A stretch of DNA of 64,000 nt, taken from the NCBI GenBank assembly GCA_012295275.1, contig CM022674.1, positions 2,108,001-2,172,000 on the forward strand, in the 5' to 3' direction. This DNA is from Chrysomallon squamiferum (taxonomy: Eukaryota > Animalia > Mollusca). Position 1 is the stretch's first letter, and each line of letters starts with the position of its first letter. Positions 1 through 15,516 of the stretch are shown piece by piece. The notes beneath the pieces were generated by a model, which worked only from the letters and a program-made list of their open reading frames with translations, ran no database searches and was not told the origin of the DNA. The translations under genes were made by a program, and so were the position numbers.

Positions 1-174
1 GTGTATGTGTAAAAGTATGTTTATATATATATATATATACACACACAAATATATACATTTTTGTATGTGTACAGGTGTGTGTATATCTGCATATGTTTAT
101 TTGTGTTTAAATGTATCTATGTATATATTAATATATGAATACATGTAAGGTTTATGTAACCATGTATTTCTTGT

Positions 175-179
<5 letters not shown>

Positions 180-235
<56 letters not shown>

Positions 236-485
236 ATCTCTAACCCACACAATAAAGATGAATAAAACACCCTAACAGCAATGAGCAGTTTTATGGACCA
301 TACCTCACACACACAGACACACACACAGACACAGAGACACACAGAGAAACAGACGCACACACACAGACATACACACATATATACACACACACAGACACAG
401 ACACACACACACAGACACACACACACACACACAGACACACACACAGACACACACAGACACACACACACAGACACAGACACACACA

Positions 486-534
<49 letters not shown>

Positions 535-590
535 ACACAAGGCACACACACACACTCATACACACACACACACACACACACAAGACACAG
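180..590. repeat. Compound (CT)n/(CA)n microsatellite, representative of dozens of CA, GA, TA, TATC, AAT, ATC and AAAC tracts across the window
   Basis: Read directly. Similar tracts at 5930-6270, 17700-18400, 23530-23845, 37070-37190, 44635-44765 and 60370-60740. Confidence 0.95.
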
Positions 591-991
591 ACATTTATGA
601 CATTCAGAAGAACATTATTAACTCGATTCCGTCTGCCGAGTGTCAGTGGTTAGTGTTGGATTATGGACTGCGAGAGATGATTTTAAATGTGAGTTATGAC
701 ACTGATGAAAAATGATGGCTGCATAACAAGTGATCAATATTGTACGGCGAGGACTGGAATGGTCATGTTTTCAGATGGCTCGGTGTTTATGTTCTGTGAT
801 CCTGGATGGTGATTGATGTTAGCTGCACTACATTAAGTAGCAATTGGTAATCTGCAGGGCTGGAATTTTATGAGTGAATGGTAAAAAAAAAAAAAGTTAA
901 ATATGTAAAAAAAAAAAAAAAAAAAAAAAAGAAAATGATAAATTGAAATATTAGAGAGAATGGGAAAAAACGGTTTTAGAGAGAGAGAGAG

Positions 992-1044
<53 letters not shown>

Positions 1045-1167
1045 AAGAAGAAAGAGAAAAAAAAAAAAAGAGAGACAAAGAGAGAGACAGTGACAAAGAA
1101 AAAAGGGAGAAAAACAGAGAGAGAGAAAGAGAAAGGGAGAAAAAAGACAGAGAGAAAAAGAGAGTGA

Positions 1168-1199
<32 letters not shown>

Positions 1200-2029
1200 A
1201 AGAATGAATAAGATAGAAAGAGACAGACAGAGAGAGAGAGAGACAGACAGAGAAAGAGAGAGAGAGGGAGAGAGAGACATAATACACATTGGAGAATTTA
1301 AACCATAATGAGTTGATGGATTCGCACAAAAATGAACCGATGTGCTATTTATCTACTGTTTGTTTCTTTCAGTGCAGATACGTCAGGAGAAATAAACTGC
1401 GTCTATCATGGTTTCACGTCCCCAGAGACACCCAAACTGTTTTCCTGTCACTGTTAATATTGTCATTATTATTTATGCAAGAAAATCTTCACAGATCCAT
1501 GAACAGATACGTTATCTAACAGGAATACAAATTAAAATGAAAAAAAGGAAATTCATTCAGACATTTTTATTTTTATGGTCCGTGTGGAATTTTCATTAAA
1601 TCATTCTTAAGAGCAATATATCTCTCATAGGGTTTATCTTGCGTGTGAATCCATTTTCAATAATTTATGCTTCTAGCATAGAAAATGTTCAAAAAAAAAA
1701 AAAAAATAGATTGATGTGAAATCCCACTGGGTATCTCTGCTGTTTTATTTTTATTACATACTTTTTTCATTATGCAATAATGATGATGGTGATGATGGTG
1801 ATGATAATAGTAGTAGTAGTAGCAGTAGTAGCAGTAATAATAAAAAGTAATAATAAGAAGAATTGTAAATATGTAATTTTCCTATTCAGTTATGCAAATT
1901 AAAAGAGATAAAATATGAGATAAATATCTGGTTAAAAATAAATTTTTGTTTTTAATTTTTATAAGAATAGAGCCAAGTTTCAAGATATATATATATATCC
2001 ATCTGTCCAACCATCTGTCTGTCTATCTA

Positions 2030-2060
<31 letters not shown>

Positions 2061-3259
2061 ATCTATCTATATCTGTCTATCTATAGCTATCTATATCTAT
2101 CTATCTGTATCTATCTATATCTATCTATCCATCCATCCATCCATCCATCCATCCATCCATCTACCTATTTATGTATTTATATACAAACAATACCTGTTTT
2201 TTAAGGTATAATTTTGTTACTCATTTACTGAAGTTAAAACAGAAGTTCACAGGTGGGTGAACATGTTACCAAAATGAGCTGTAAAACCTGTGTACTTCAC
2301 TTTCTTCTGGTAAAAAAATGAGAAAAACCAACACGAAAGTCACGTTAACAGCACTTCTCAAAATCTGTTGGCTTCAGCCTTTGTCTTCGAAGCAGAGACT
2401 CATAAATGTCACTCACAGAGAAAACAAAAAAAATCTTTTACATCTACCTTAGAAAACAGCAGCGTTTCGTTTCGTTTCGTAAAACCCTGGCATTTCCAGT
2501 TGTTTCCAAGAAGCTGTTCTCCTTCCTCTAGGTAAACAAAGTCTACCTTCCAGCCACCACATGTCATTTCTGTAAACCAGAGGAATCCCTGTAGTATCAG
2601 ATTTGTCTCTAGCACAAGATGTAAACATGCAGAGTATTTACAAAAGGCTTTCTTTCTCTCCGAAAGAGCTGATTTTGCTGATTTGCCGTTGTTTAGTAAT
2701 AAAACAGAAGTTTACATCACAGAGTTGTGAAGATGCTGACTGGATGTGATGATGATGATGATGATGATGGTGGTGTTGGTGGTGATGTAGTGATGACGAT
2801 GATGTACATGATGATGACAGTGATGTGCATGTTTGTGGTAATAAGTATTTCTGACTTCACAGTTTCTTTGCCTTCTTTTTTTTGTAAATGAACATAAATT
2901 TAGTGCTTTGATGATGATGTTGATGATGATGATGATGATTATTATGTCCATGATGATGACAGTGATGTATCTGTTTAATGGTAATAATTGTTTCTGACTT
3001 ACAAATGGTGAAGTTTTGTTTTGTTTTCTTTTCTTTCCTGCCTGGTTTTGTAACCGAAACCTGCGTCTTAACAGATGTTAACGAAAGAGAGTGTAAACAC
3101 AGCTTGTTGTGTTTTGTTGTATCTCACTGGTATAGGATACTCCATGTATGTCATCTCTGAGTTTCCTCTCACACAGAAATAAAACTGCTTATGTTACCAG
3201 CCCAGCTATACTTGTTACAGTATAATACAGTTAACTGTGTAGGTTATATGTGTAATGAC

Positions 3260-3745
3260 ATTGACAGAATACTTGTTATAACTGTAATAAAATTATTAGG
3301 ATACTTGTTATATTGTATAATGTCACTATTAGGATACTTATTATGTCACTGTTGAGAGTAGGATACTTGATGTAATTATGTCATTATCAGTAGTAGGATA
3401 CTTGATATAATTATGTCACTATCAGTAGTAGGATACTTGTTATAATTATGTCATTAACATATTTGGATGCTTGTTATATATATAATGTCCCTAATATATA
3501 ATTGCTCAAATATACAGTACTGCTCAGACATTATTCAGTATTGTTCAAACATTATACAGTATTGTTCAAACATTATACAAGTTTTGTTCAAACAATATAC
3601 AATACTGCTCAAACATCATACAATACCGCTGACACGCTACGCAAAACAATCTATTACCGTTTCTGTTCACTCTTCTCGAATGTAAACACCCTACTGCCAC
3701 GTAAACACCCTACCACCACGTAAACACCCTACTACCACGTAAACA
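3260..3745. repeat. Cluster of short degenerate tandem repeats: ~32-bp agtaggatacttgttataattatgtcactatc, 21-bp attatacagtattgttcaaac, 19-bp gtaaacaccctactaccac x3
   Basis: Read directly from the sequence. Confidence 0.75.
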
Positions 3746-4994
3746 TTTACTTCTCCACCATTCTGACAGACGCACGCACGCACGCACTGACTGGTGTGTG
3801 TGTGTGTGTCTGTGACGGAGACATTCTAGTCTCACTCGCAGAGATGTGCGCTGATTACGAAGGGTTTCGTAAATGGCTCCCAGAGGACAGCTCAGAGTTA
3901 AATTAGGAGTTAAATGATTTGTGTGCAGCAGCGTTGATGATGGTGATGATGATGATTATATTTTGTCAGACGTCTGGCAGTGATGAGGAGGGGGACAAAT
4001 CACTCGTTTGCTGTCTGATTGAGCTGTGAGTCGACTCAAGTGTCTGGTGTGATAGGATTAACACTTTGTCTCTCGTCGGTGACAAGTTTTGTTTTACACT
4101 TTCGGGGGACGTGGTCTGATCTTTCGAGGGTGAGTTTTTTTTTTATCAGTCGAGACCTGCTTATACCAGGCACCTAAGTTAATGAGGGCAAAAAAATAAA
4201 AATAAAAATAAAAAAATGTGCGCCGTACTTTATGACACTTGGTAAATTGTAACTGTTTATTGCAGCCACCTGTGTAATGTGAATTTTTCTCAAGTAAATG
4301 GGAAAAAAAAAACAAAAAAACAATTGGCCAGTTGAATTGCTTCTTGTTGAAACTGCTTATCGCTGGAACTTGAGTTAATGAGGAAAAAAAAAAAAACATC
4401 ATACTTTACAACAGTTGCTAAATTGAAACTGTTTTCAGGACACTTATTTAATGTGAATTTTCTCAGTGACAAGAAATTGGGTAAATCAACTGACCTTTTT
4501 TTTAATTTTTTTTTTTAAAATTTTTGTTGTTGTTCAGTCTGTTTAATTCCACCAAGTTTATGTAAGGGGGTAAAAAAAAAAAACCCAGTGTAGTTTACAA
4601 CTACTGGCAAATTAAAACCCTGTATTGCATGCACCTCAGATAATGAGATGGATGTAACAATTATACACTTTTTTTTTGTCACTTGATTCTTGTTCGTTCC
4701 AAGTTTATGAGGCTTTTAATAGGAAAAATATTGAGGCTTAACCTTACAAGCAAACTATAGTTGTGTTTGGCAGGGACCTATTTCAATGCTTTTGGCACCA
4801 GTGTTGGGTGATATTTCCGGTAAGTGTTTGTTCATTAATGTTCTATGAGACTGGGAAGTTCAGCTTCGTGTACACAATACAAATATTACTGGCACAATCA
4901 TGTTCAGGAAATTAATATTTTGTCAGTTTTTTTTTTCTAATTATTTTCTTCTTGAAATTTATTCACCACTTTCTTGTTTTGGTTGTAAGCATCA

Positions 4995-5530
4995 TGTCAC
5001 CATCACCACATCTTATTTGTACCATGTAACCATCACATCTTATTTGTAACCACCATGTAACCATCACCACATCTCAGTTGTAACCACAATGTCACCATCA
5101 CCTCATCTCAGTTGTAACCACAATGTCACCATCACCTCATCTCAGTTGTAACCACAATGTAACCATCACCACATCTCAGTTGTAACCACAATTTAACCAT
5201 CACCACATCTCAGTTGTAACCACAATGTAACCATCACCACATCTCAGTTGTAACCACAATGTAACAATCACCACATCTCAGTTGTAACCACCATGTAACC
5301 ATCATCACATCTAATTTGTAACCAAAATGTCACCATCACCATCACCTCAGTTGTAACCACCATGTAACCATCACCATCACCTCATTTGTAACCACCATGT
5401 AACCATCACCATCACCTCATTTGTAAACTGTGTAACAACCACCATCACCTCATTTGTAACCACAATGTCACCATCACCATCACCTCATTTGTAAACTGTG
5501 TAACCATCACCATCACCTCATTTGTAACCC
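4995..5530. repeat. ~34-bp minisatellite (tgtaaccatcaccacatctcagttgtaaccacaa), about 15 copies
   Basis: Direct tandem units whose variant changes gradually along the array. Confidence 0.9.
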
Positions 5531-6070
5531 CCATCCCATTTCACCACCTTCTTGTAACCTCCTCCAGGCATTACCTGACCACATCTCGAATCCCTACCCC
5601 AACTCCCTACCCCACCCGTTTCTGCCTCCCTGCCACCTGCCCACATGTTATCTCAGCCCCGAACCTGCCTCTTTTTGAAGAGCACTGATGAGAAGTGAAA
5701 CTGCTCAGCGATCCAGGAATGTGTATTGACAAAACAATTTTCAGATTCAGGGTTGTTGTGACAGTATCGACAAGTTTGTCATCCTAGTTATCTCTCTCTT
5801 CATCAACTGATCAGGGTAAATAACGCGAAGGTTGGACACTAATGTGGCTGTAATTGGGGGATACCATAAGTTGTAATCTCCTGGTTTTGCCAGTGTATTA
5901 GTGTTTTGTTTATTTTGTAGCCAGAGAGTGAGAGAGAGAGGGGGAGAGAGAGAGGGAGGGAGAGAGAGAGAGAGAGAGCGTTTGTGTTTCATAGTGTGTG
6001 TGATGTGATGTGATGTGATGTGTTGTGTGTGTGTGTGTCTGTGTGTCTGTGTGTCTGTGTCTGTGTGTGT

Positions 6071-6197
<127 letters not shown>

Positions 6198-6214
6198 TGT
6201 GTGTGTGTTTGTGT

Positions 6215-6268
<54 letters not shown>

Positions 6269-6444
6269 TACAGTGAGAGAGATGAGTGATACAGAGAAAA
6301 ATGAAGCAGAGAATAGTAAAAAAAAAAGTGAATGATTTCACACAATAAGATTGTAATTTATTATTTTTGGAATCATTTTTTTTTTTAAATAATTATTTCT
6401 TTAATTTTGTTTATTAATGCTTATCTTTATAACAGTGTAATTAG

Positions 6445-6480
<36 letters not shown>

Positions 6481-6996
6481 TGAGACTGTCTGTATGTTTG
6501 TGTTTATCTATATACATGTTTAGATATGTATGCTGTAATATTTTAGAACCCAAATGGTTGTAAATGTTTATCTATTTCAGTGTGTGATTTCTCTGTAAAA
6601 ACAAACATAACCAAACAGACACATGGGTTTGCTAGTAACTACTACCAACAGTAGCTGAACTTTATATTACCTGTTTGAATGTCTGTCTTTGTGTACAAAA
6701 TCTACACCAGGATGGAAAGTTGTTAATTCCAGTTTAAATCTCACTGACAGTTCATTGCTATGGTCTCTGATGAATGATCAAACATCTGAAGCAAGAGAAA
6801 ACACTGGCAGGCTTCAGACCAAACCAGTCTGTGCTTTACTGTTAATGGGAAGGTACAGTAGCAGATCAAAGTAAAATTCCTTTTATCATCCTTAACCACA
6901 GCCATGTGTCTATCCATCTGTCTATCTCTATCTATCTATCTGTGTGTGTGTGTCTGTCTACATCTATCTATCTATCTCTATCTAGCTATCTATTTA

Positions 6997-7057
<61 letters not shown>

Positions 7058-7200
7058 ATATCTGTATGTGTGTTTCTTTCTATTTTCCTGCCTACATCTA
7101 TCAAGTTATTTATCTATCTATTTGTCATCACATCTCTATTTGGCTGTCTGCCTATCTATCTATCTATCTATATATCTATCTATCTATCTATCTATCTGTC

Positions 7201-7235
<35 letters not shown>

Positions 7236-8527
7236 GCTCACTGTCTGTCTGTCTGTCTATGTCTATAAAACAGTACATAGCCATAAGATAAAAATGTGTT
7301 CAGAGCATTGTTTAATAAAATATTTTTTCTTCAAACTTAAGTCTTTAGTATCATTTGTTTGTTGTTCTATCTTTTTCCTCTTCCTTTTAATGTTATATAA
7401 GAAAGAAAATCTACTTCTGGATACCATGGTTATCAGATATCAGCCACACATTCTCTCCTAACTATGCCAACCCATAGACCGGAAAAATATTTAATCACTA
7501 TGTTCATTAATCAAGTCACAGTTTGTTGGGAGGAATAAAAAATATTGATATGGGTGAGACAGAATTGTGAATATTATTATTGTCAGTGAATGAATAAATG
7601 AATGAATAAGTAATGACTGAATGAATTAATAAGTAAATGGTTGAATGAACAAATGAAGAAATGAAATAAATAAATGAACAAATGAAGAACTTAATGACTG
7701 AATGAATGAATGAACAAATGAATGAATGAGCAAGAAAATGAACAAATGAAGGAATAAATGAGCAAGTGAATGAATGCATTAAATTTAGAAAGAAAGAAAG
7801 AAAGAAAGAAACGGTGAATGAATGACTTCTTAGTACAGCACTACATTGCAGACTGAGTCAAACATGTTTGTTAAAAAAATGAAGAAGAACGAATATTAAT
7901 TTGAGAGCAGCCTAATTCATGTTTGTCTTTATTACCTGTTACCTTGGCAACTGTTTGTTAAATTTCTTCAGAGCATGGTGCTGTGTGCATTGTCACTTTG
8001 TCATTGTTTTGTTTTTATTTTCTTAAAAACCTTTTAGAAGATGATGTTCATATACGTTCACGACAATAATAATTGTAAAAGTAACAACTTTTTCAACAAG
8101 TCTGGTGATTTTTTTTTTTTTTTTTTTGATTTTTTTTTTTAAACCAGAGAAAATGATTTCACAGAATAATGGGTTTCTAGAATAAAGAACATTTTTATTT
8201 TTATTATTCAGTAATAGGTTGTTTTTTTGTTGTTTTTTTTTTTACTAATATTTTTCCACATTATTAATTTTTCCATCGTATTAAGTGATTTCCATTTCGT
8301 TTGATGACTAATAGCAAAACTGTTATTTCTGTTAATGCTTATCTCTTAGATAAACTGTGCAGTATGTACGTGTGTGTGTCTGTCTGTCTGTGTATGTGAG
8401 TGTGTAAGTGTGTGTTTGTGTGTATGTCAGTGTACACAGGTATATGTTAAGTGTGTTTAAGTGTATGTGGGTGTATGAGTGTGTGTCAGTATTTGTGTAC
8501 GTGTGTTAATGTATGTCTGTGTATGTG

Positions 8528-8996
8528 TGTAACATGTAAGATAAGTATGTAGTAACATGTAACAAGTGAGATAAGTATGTAGTAACATGTAACAAGTGAG
8601 ATAAGTATGTAGTAACATGTAACACATTTGATAAGTATGTAGTAACATGTAACAAGTGAGATAAGTATGTAGTAACATGTAACGTGATAAGTATGTAGTA
8701 ACGTAATATTTGATAAGTATGTAGTTACATGTGAGATAAGTATGTAGTATCATGTAACAAGTGAGATAAGTATGTAGTAACATGTAATATTTGATAAGTA
8801 TGTAGTTACATGTGAGATAAGTATGTAGTAACATGTAACATTGTGAGATAAGTATGTAGTAACATGTATCATTGTGAGATAAGTATGTAGTAACATGTAA
8901 CATTGTGAGATAAGTATGTAGTAACATGTAACATTGTGAGATAAGTATGTAGTAACATGTTACATTGTGAGATAAGTATGTAGTAACATGTAACAT
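8528..8996. repeat. ~31-bp minisatellite (gtgagataagtatgtagtaacatgtaacatt), about 15 copies
   Basis: Direct tandem units ending about 60 bp before the gene A exon 1 acceptor. Confidence 0.92.
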
Positions 8997-9074
8997 GATA
9001 TTAGGTTAGTGTTTCCCCGTCTATAAAGTATAAAATATTTCTTCTTCATTTCAGTTATATGGATTTGTACAGTG

Positions 9075-9666
9075 ATGGATAAACAGGTGGCTGCAATACT
9101 CAGGTCATACGTGACACTGCTGCTACTACTACTACTACAACCGCAGCCTACAGCATCAGCTCTGCTGTCCACCGGCTCTCGTGCTCGCGCTGACTCACAG
9201 TCTGCTCACAGACGCAACTACGACGACAACAACAACAACAACGTTTCCTCGAAGATTGACAGCGCCTCGGAACGACAGTTGTACACAATGCTGGTGAAGA
9301 TAATCAAGCAGCTGAAGATTCTGCCGTTGTCCTCCTCATGCATGCAGCTGCAGAAGATTTCCGCGGACGTCATCTCCGAGGACGCGAAGACCCAGACTCA
9401 GACGATCGGGGTGTATTTGTACCTGCGCGCCGAGAACTGCTCTGACATCGTCGTCAACAGCAACGGCATGTCACTGGTCAGAGAGGACGGGATGATGATG
9501 ATGATGAAGGACGCGAGCGATGGTTCACTGATGCATGCTCAGCTGACAACACCGCCCACGACAACGTCGCCAGCTGTAAACCAGAGCGATAACATTACCG
9601 TAGTTGCTGTTGTTCGTTCTCATAGTGATGCTGTGTTAAACTCTAAACCCTCAGATGACAACACAG
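9075..9666 (+). CDS. Gene A coding exon 1: signal peptide and ectodomain of an uncharacterised type I membrane protein (gene spans 9075-25662)
   Basis: Acceptor ttcatttcag ends at 9054; ATG at 9075 begins [29 protein letters not shown] (signal-peptide-like). GC/CpG-rich coding composition, two Cys, Thr/Pro stalk. Donor ACAG|gtaaat, phase 1. The supplied ORF runs on into the intronic (TA)n tract. Confidence 0.8.
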
Positions 9667-9685
9667 GTAAATATTTTAACTTTCT

Positions 9686-10435
<750 letters not shown>

Positions 10436-11635
10436 AAGTAATTGGGAAAGTCAAATGGTAATATTGTATATCTATGGAAAATCTTATAACCATATTGCTG
10501 ATGATAAAAAAAAAAAAAAAAACAACTCAGAATGAATTACTGTATCAGTAGAAAAAAAAAAAAAAAAAAAAAACTGAATTATTTTTAGTTATAGAATTAT
10601 TTTAAGAAAATAAGCCAATAAATGTTTTATTTATTTATACAAATGTGTTTTTGTGTGATCAGTAATATTATTTATTTTAAGTGGTTTTTTTTTTTTTTTT
10701 TTTGTTTCAAGTTCTTCAGTTTTCTGTTCTCTCTCTTTTTTTTTTGTCTGTTTGTTTATGTGTTGTTGTTAATTTTTTATTTGTTTTCCAAAAAGGTTTT
10801 GAAAGTGGTTTTTAGTGAAATAAGCTTTCATGCAGGTGGTAATAAATGTTTATATTAGAAAAATGTTTTTTAGTGATGGAAAAAAAAAAATCCAAAGTTT
10901 GAGATATGTTTCATGGTTATTTAATTTTGTTTTGTTTTGTTTTGTTTTGTTTTATTTTTTGTTGTTTAATTTAATTTTATTGTTATATTTATTTTTTAAA
11001 TTATGTATGTATATATATATATTTTTTTTAAAAATGTATGTATTTATTAATTTATATATTTACTTATTTACTTACTTATTTACTTATATTACTTAATAAT
11101 TAACTTATTTATTTTACATTTCTGCCTGTAACACAAAATAACTAACACACTACATCATTAGCAACTTTCATGTATTCCTTTCAGGAGTTGTTACACTTCT
11201 GTTGTACTTTATCATTAGGAAAGTATGGTTACTACAAAATAACAAATAAAACGACCATTTCGAAACACACAAATTACACATTTTTAACTTTGCTTTCCAG
11301 ACATACAACTGGGACTCAAACTTAAACAGTATTAAAGCAGTCAAGAAAATAAAGGCCTCTGTATCCCAGATTTCACATTCAGACAAATAAAATCATTATT
11401 CCATTCTCCCAAGACTGCAGAATCGACTCATCTCCTTTTCTCTTCATTTCTTTTTTTTTCTTCTTCATTCACTTCAATGTCTACAAACTCACCTCATTGC
11501 AAGAAGAAGAAGAAGAAGAAGAAGAAGAAGAAGGAAAAATTTTACAACTTTAAGTACAACAAATTCACTTAACGGTCTCAATCCGCAGTTTTTATTTGAT
11601 CAGCGATATTATTGTAATTTTCACTTTGACAAGAA

Positions 11636-11668
<33 letters not shown>

Positions 11669-12113
11669 ATTGATCTCTTTGAGTCTAACATCTGCTCAGG
11701 CCACAGATCTTCTTGCTTCAATCACTGAGAGGACTGCCGCTTTGTCAAAACCCATTCATCTCACTAGGAGGTTTAGCCACGAAATCGCTTTCCTCATTCA
11801 AAACCGTGTTGTACATGCTGAAAAAGGGACGTGGTCAGAAAACTGACCAAAGGCTGCACGGTTAACCCTTGTTACCTCGAGGTCCACTGGCTGTCAGAAT
11901 TTTAACTCTTGTTAACATCATTTTGTTTCCCAAACTTTTTTTAATTTATTTTTCTGACTGGTGTTCTCTTCCTATTAGTCTGAAATAGATTATTAACAGT
12001 ATCTACCTACCTTTCTATCATCTATCTTTCTGTCTGTCTGTCTGTCTGTCAGTCCGTCTATCTATATATCTATTTACCTACCTACCTACCTACCTACCTA
12101 CCTACATACATAC

Positions 12114-12228
<115 letters not shown>

Positions 12229-12384
12229 GACAGATAGAGATGTATGTATGTATATAGACAGATGAATAGATAGATAAATAGATTGATAGATATATACATA
12301 AACACATACATGCATACTTACATCATGATACACACTAATCCTATGTAATTCTCTGTCATGACAGCACATTCCATCTTGTTTCAG

Positions 12385-12472
12385 GTATCAGTCACACACA
12401 GCTGGTTGTCATATCAACGTGCTCAGCCATAATTGGAACTTTCTTCATTGTGGCAGGAATTCTCAGAATACG
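12385..12472 (+). CDS. Gene A exon 2: transmembrane helix
   Basis: tcttgtttcag|GTATC...ATACG|gtaaac, phase 1 to 2. Encodes GISHTQLVVISTCSAIIGTFFIVAGILRIR, a hydrophobic stretch followed by basic residues. Confidence 0.8.
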
Positions 12473-12589
12473 GTAAACTTTCTATTTTCTGGTTGACTGA
12501 AAATGTGTCTCTATTTCTTCTCATCACATCAAATGTCAGTGTTGATTTTTACATTATATCTGTGGTATTATTTACCTTTATATTGTACA

Positions 12590-13215
12590 CTTACTGCCAC
12601 CATTGTTTACACTTGTATTGCTGCCACCATTGTTTACACTTGTATTGCTGCCACCATTGTTTACACTTGTATTGCTGCCACCATTGTTTACACTTGTATT
12701 GCTGCCATTGTTTTTACACTTGTACTGCTGCCACCATTGTTTACACTTGTATTGCTGCCACCATTGTTTACACTTGTATTGCTGCCACCATTGTTTACAC
12801 TTGTATTGCTGCCACCATTGTTTACACTTGTATTTCTGCCACCATTGTTTACACCTGTATTGCTGCCACCATTGTTTACACTTGTATTGCTGCCACCATT
12901 GTTTACACTTGTATTACTGCCGCCATTGTTTACACTTGTATTGCTGCCACCATTGTTTACACTTGTATTACTGCCGCCATTGTTTACACTTGTATTGCTG
13001 CCACCATTGTTTACACCTGTATTGCTGCCACCATTGTTTACACTTGTATTGCTGCCACCATTGTTTACACTTGTATTTATGCCACCATTGTTTACACTTG
13101 TGTTGCTGCCATTGTTTACACTTGTATTTCTGCTGCCATTGTTTACACTTGTATTTCTGCCATTGTTTACACTTGTATTGCTGTCACCATTGTTTACATT
13201 GTATTGCTGCCATTG
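12590..13215. repeat. 27-bp minisatellite (ccaccattgtttacacttgtattgctg), array 1, about 23 copies
   Basis: Direct tandem units; source of the CCHHCLHLY, IAATIVYTC and LLPPLFTLV pseudo-ORFs. Confidence 0.95.
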
Positions 13216-14344
13216 TCTAGTTCATTTTACTGCTGTTTACACAATATGTGAGTTTTAATGATGCTCATTCACAATGTATGTCAGTTCTTACTAAAACAAG
13301 CATCAAACATCGTGGTATGTACTGTCCTGACTCTGTTGAAAAGGCTTGTAAAAGAACTCTTAATGCTGAAAAGGATAAATGTAACTTGAATATGTTTCTG
13401 AATTACAGCAGACGATTTCTAGCTTTTGAAAGAAACAAATGTAACAGATGTTTAATTTTAAATTTAATTTTTTTTTTTAAATATGTATTAGTGTAATTTT
13501 GCTTACCTAGATGATGGCAGACAAGTCAGTTGCTGTTCTGTGAATATACTGTTAAATAAAAGAAAACCGACATATCTGTAAATAAGAATTTAATCAGGCT
13601 TGTCAAATGATTATTGCTTACGATCTAAATTTAGATTCATTTTTCAGAAGAATGGTTAATAATAATGATTGGTTTATTCTGGTTATATCTAGAACAGTAA
13701 AAAGTAAAGGAATCTATCCATCTATCTATCTATCTATCTATCTATGTATCTATCTATCTATCTATCTATATATCTATCTATCTATCTCTGTTTTTCTGTT
13801 TACCAATCTATCTTTAAAAAAGAATTCATGTTCAAAGATTCTTGAATATAAGCTTTGTGTCTTAATATTTATAAAGGTATCAGTATTGAGCTATTTTTTT
13901 TGGATAATATATATTTTTGTTATGATACACCTTTTTTTTTCAAGATACAATATTATCTTGTATCCTTAAGCTGCATTGTATTTAAGATACTGTATAATTA
14001 CAGTTTTGTTGTACCTTGTAGCGATTATTACATTATATTGTAAGATGTATCAAATTCGACATTTCTGTATCACACCCATGATTGTATCAGATATCGCACG
14101 CCGCATACAAATCTAGTTTATTACATCCCTGCCTCTTCATCACATTATGATTTAATTATGTAAAAACTTGAGCCAGTTGTGGAGATGAAAAGAGAGCAGA
14201 TTTTCATCAAACCGAGATGCCACAGCCAGCAGATAAAGCTGCATTGTTCTCTTGTGTTATTCAGCAGAAATTAATTGTATGTAAGCTTCAGTGTTACATG
14301 CCGGTGGTATTGATTTCACAGAGAATGTCACATTTAAATAAAAA

Positions 14345-14438
<94 letters not shown>

Positions 14439-14639
14439 AATGTGTACTCTGCAAACTGCTGTTTTACATTTTGTTATTTTAACTCTGTTTTTGTTATTTT
14501 TTTTTTTGTTATGTGTAAAGATTTGTATTGTTGTTATACTGTCTCTGTGTGCATGTTTAAACATTTGTATTGTAGTTTATACTGTCTTGTTTACATTGTT
14601 TTGTTCCATGTTTACATTGTATTTCAGTCACACTTGTTT

Positions 14640-15140
14640 GTTTACATTATTACTGCCACCATTGTTTACATTATATTACTGCCACCACTGTTTACACTTG
14701 TATTGCTGCCACCATTGTTTACACTTGTATTACTGCCACCATTGCCACCATTGTTTACACTTGTATTGCTGCCACCATTGTTTACACTAGTATTACTGCC
14801 ACCATTGTATACACTTGTATTACTGCCACCATTGTTTACACTTGTATTGCTGCCACCATTGTTTACACTTGTATTGCTGCCACCATTGTTTACACTTATA
14901 TTACTGCCACCATTGTTTACACTTGTATTGCTGCCACCATTGTTTACACTTGTATTGCTGCCACCATTGTTTACACTTATATTACTGCCACCATTGTTTA
15001 CACTTGTATTGCTGCCACCATTGTTTACACTTGTATTGCTGCCACCATTGTTTACACTTATATTACTGCCACCATTGTTTACACTTGTATTACTGCCACC
15101 ATTGTTTACACTTGCAATTCTGCCACCATTGTTTACGTTG
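14640..15140. repeat. Same 27-bp minisatellite, array 2, about 18 copies
   Basis: Same unit and orientation as array 1; merges into the exon 3 acceptor. Confidence 0.95.
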
Positions 15141-15160
15141 ATTTCTCTGCCACATTTCAG

Positions 15161-15305
15161 ATACTACTACAAGCGATATCAAGAAGAACGAATGATGGCA
15201 CGACGGCCGACGTTTCGCAGCTGCAGCATCGCGCTGCGCAATCCAGCAGTGTCCACGGAGCAGTTGCGACGTGACTCAGTGTTGAGCAAATCAAGCTCTC
15301 ATCAG
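15161..15305 (+). CDS. Gene A exon 3: juxtamembrane cytoplasmic region
   Basis: cacatttcag|ATAC...CATCAG|gttttt, phase 2 to 0. Encodes YYYKRYQEERMMARRPTFRSCSIALRNPAVSTEQLRRDSVLSKSSSHQ, with RRPT and RRDS PKA-type motifs. Confidence 0.8.
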
Positions 15306-15463
15306 GTTTTTATCTGTTTGTTGTTTTTCTCCCGTTCTAGCTAGAGCTCTGTAGGTTAGTAACCAAAGACTGTTCCATGAGAATTTTTTTTTTTTAATTA
15401 ATGGAAAGAAGATGAAAAAAAGAGTTGTCAGTAGATTTCAGTGTACCGTTTGTGTGTGTGTGT

Positions 15464-15516
<53 letters not shown>

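Noticed and set aside
12433-15141. Cys/His-rich 'metallothionein-like' ORFs (CCHHCLHLY)n
   Set aside because: 27-bp intronic minisatellite open in all three frames, lying between two phase-compatible exons of gene A.
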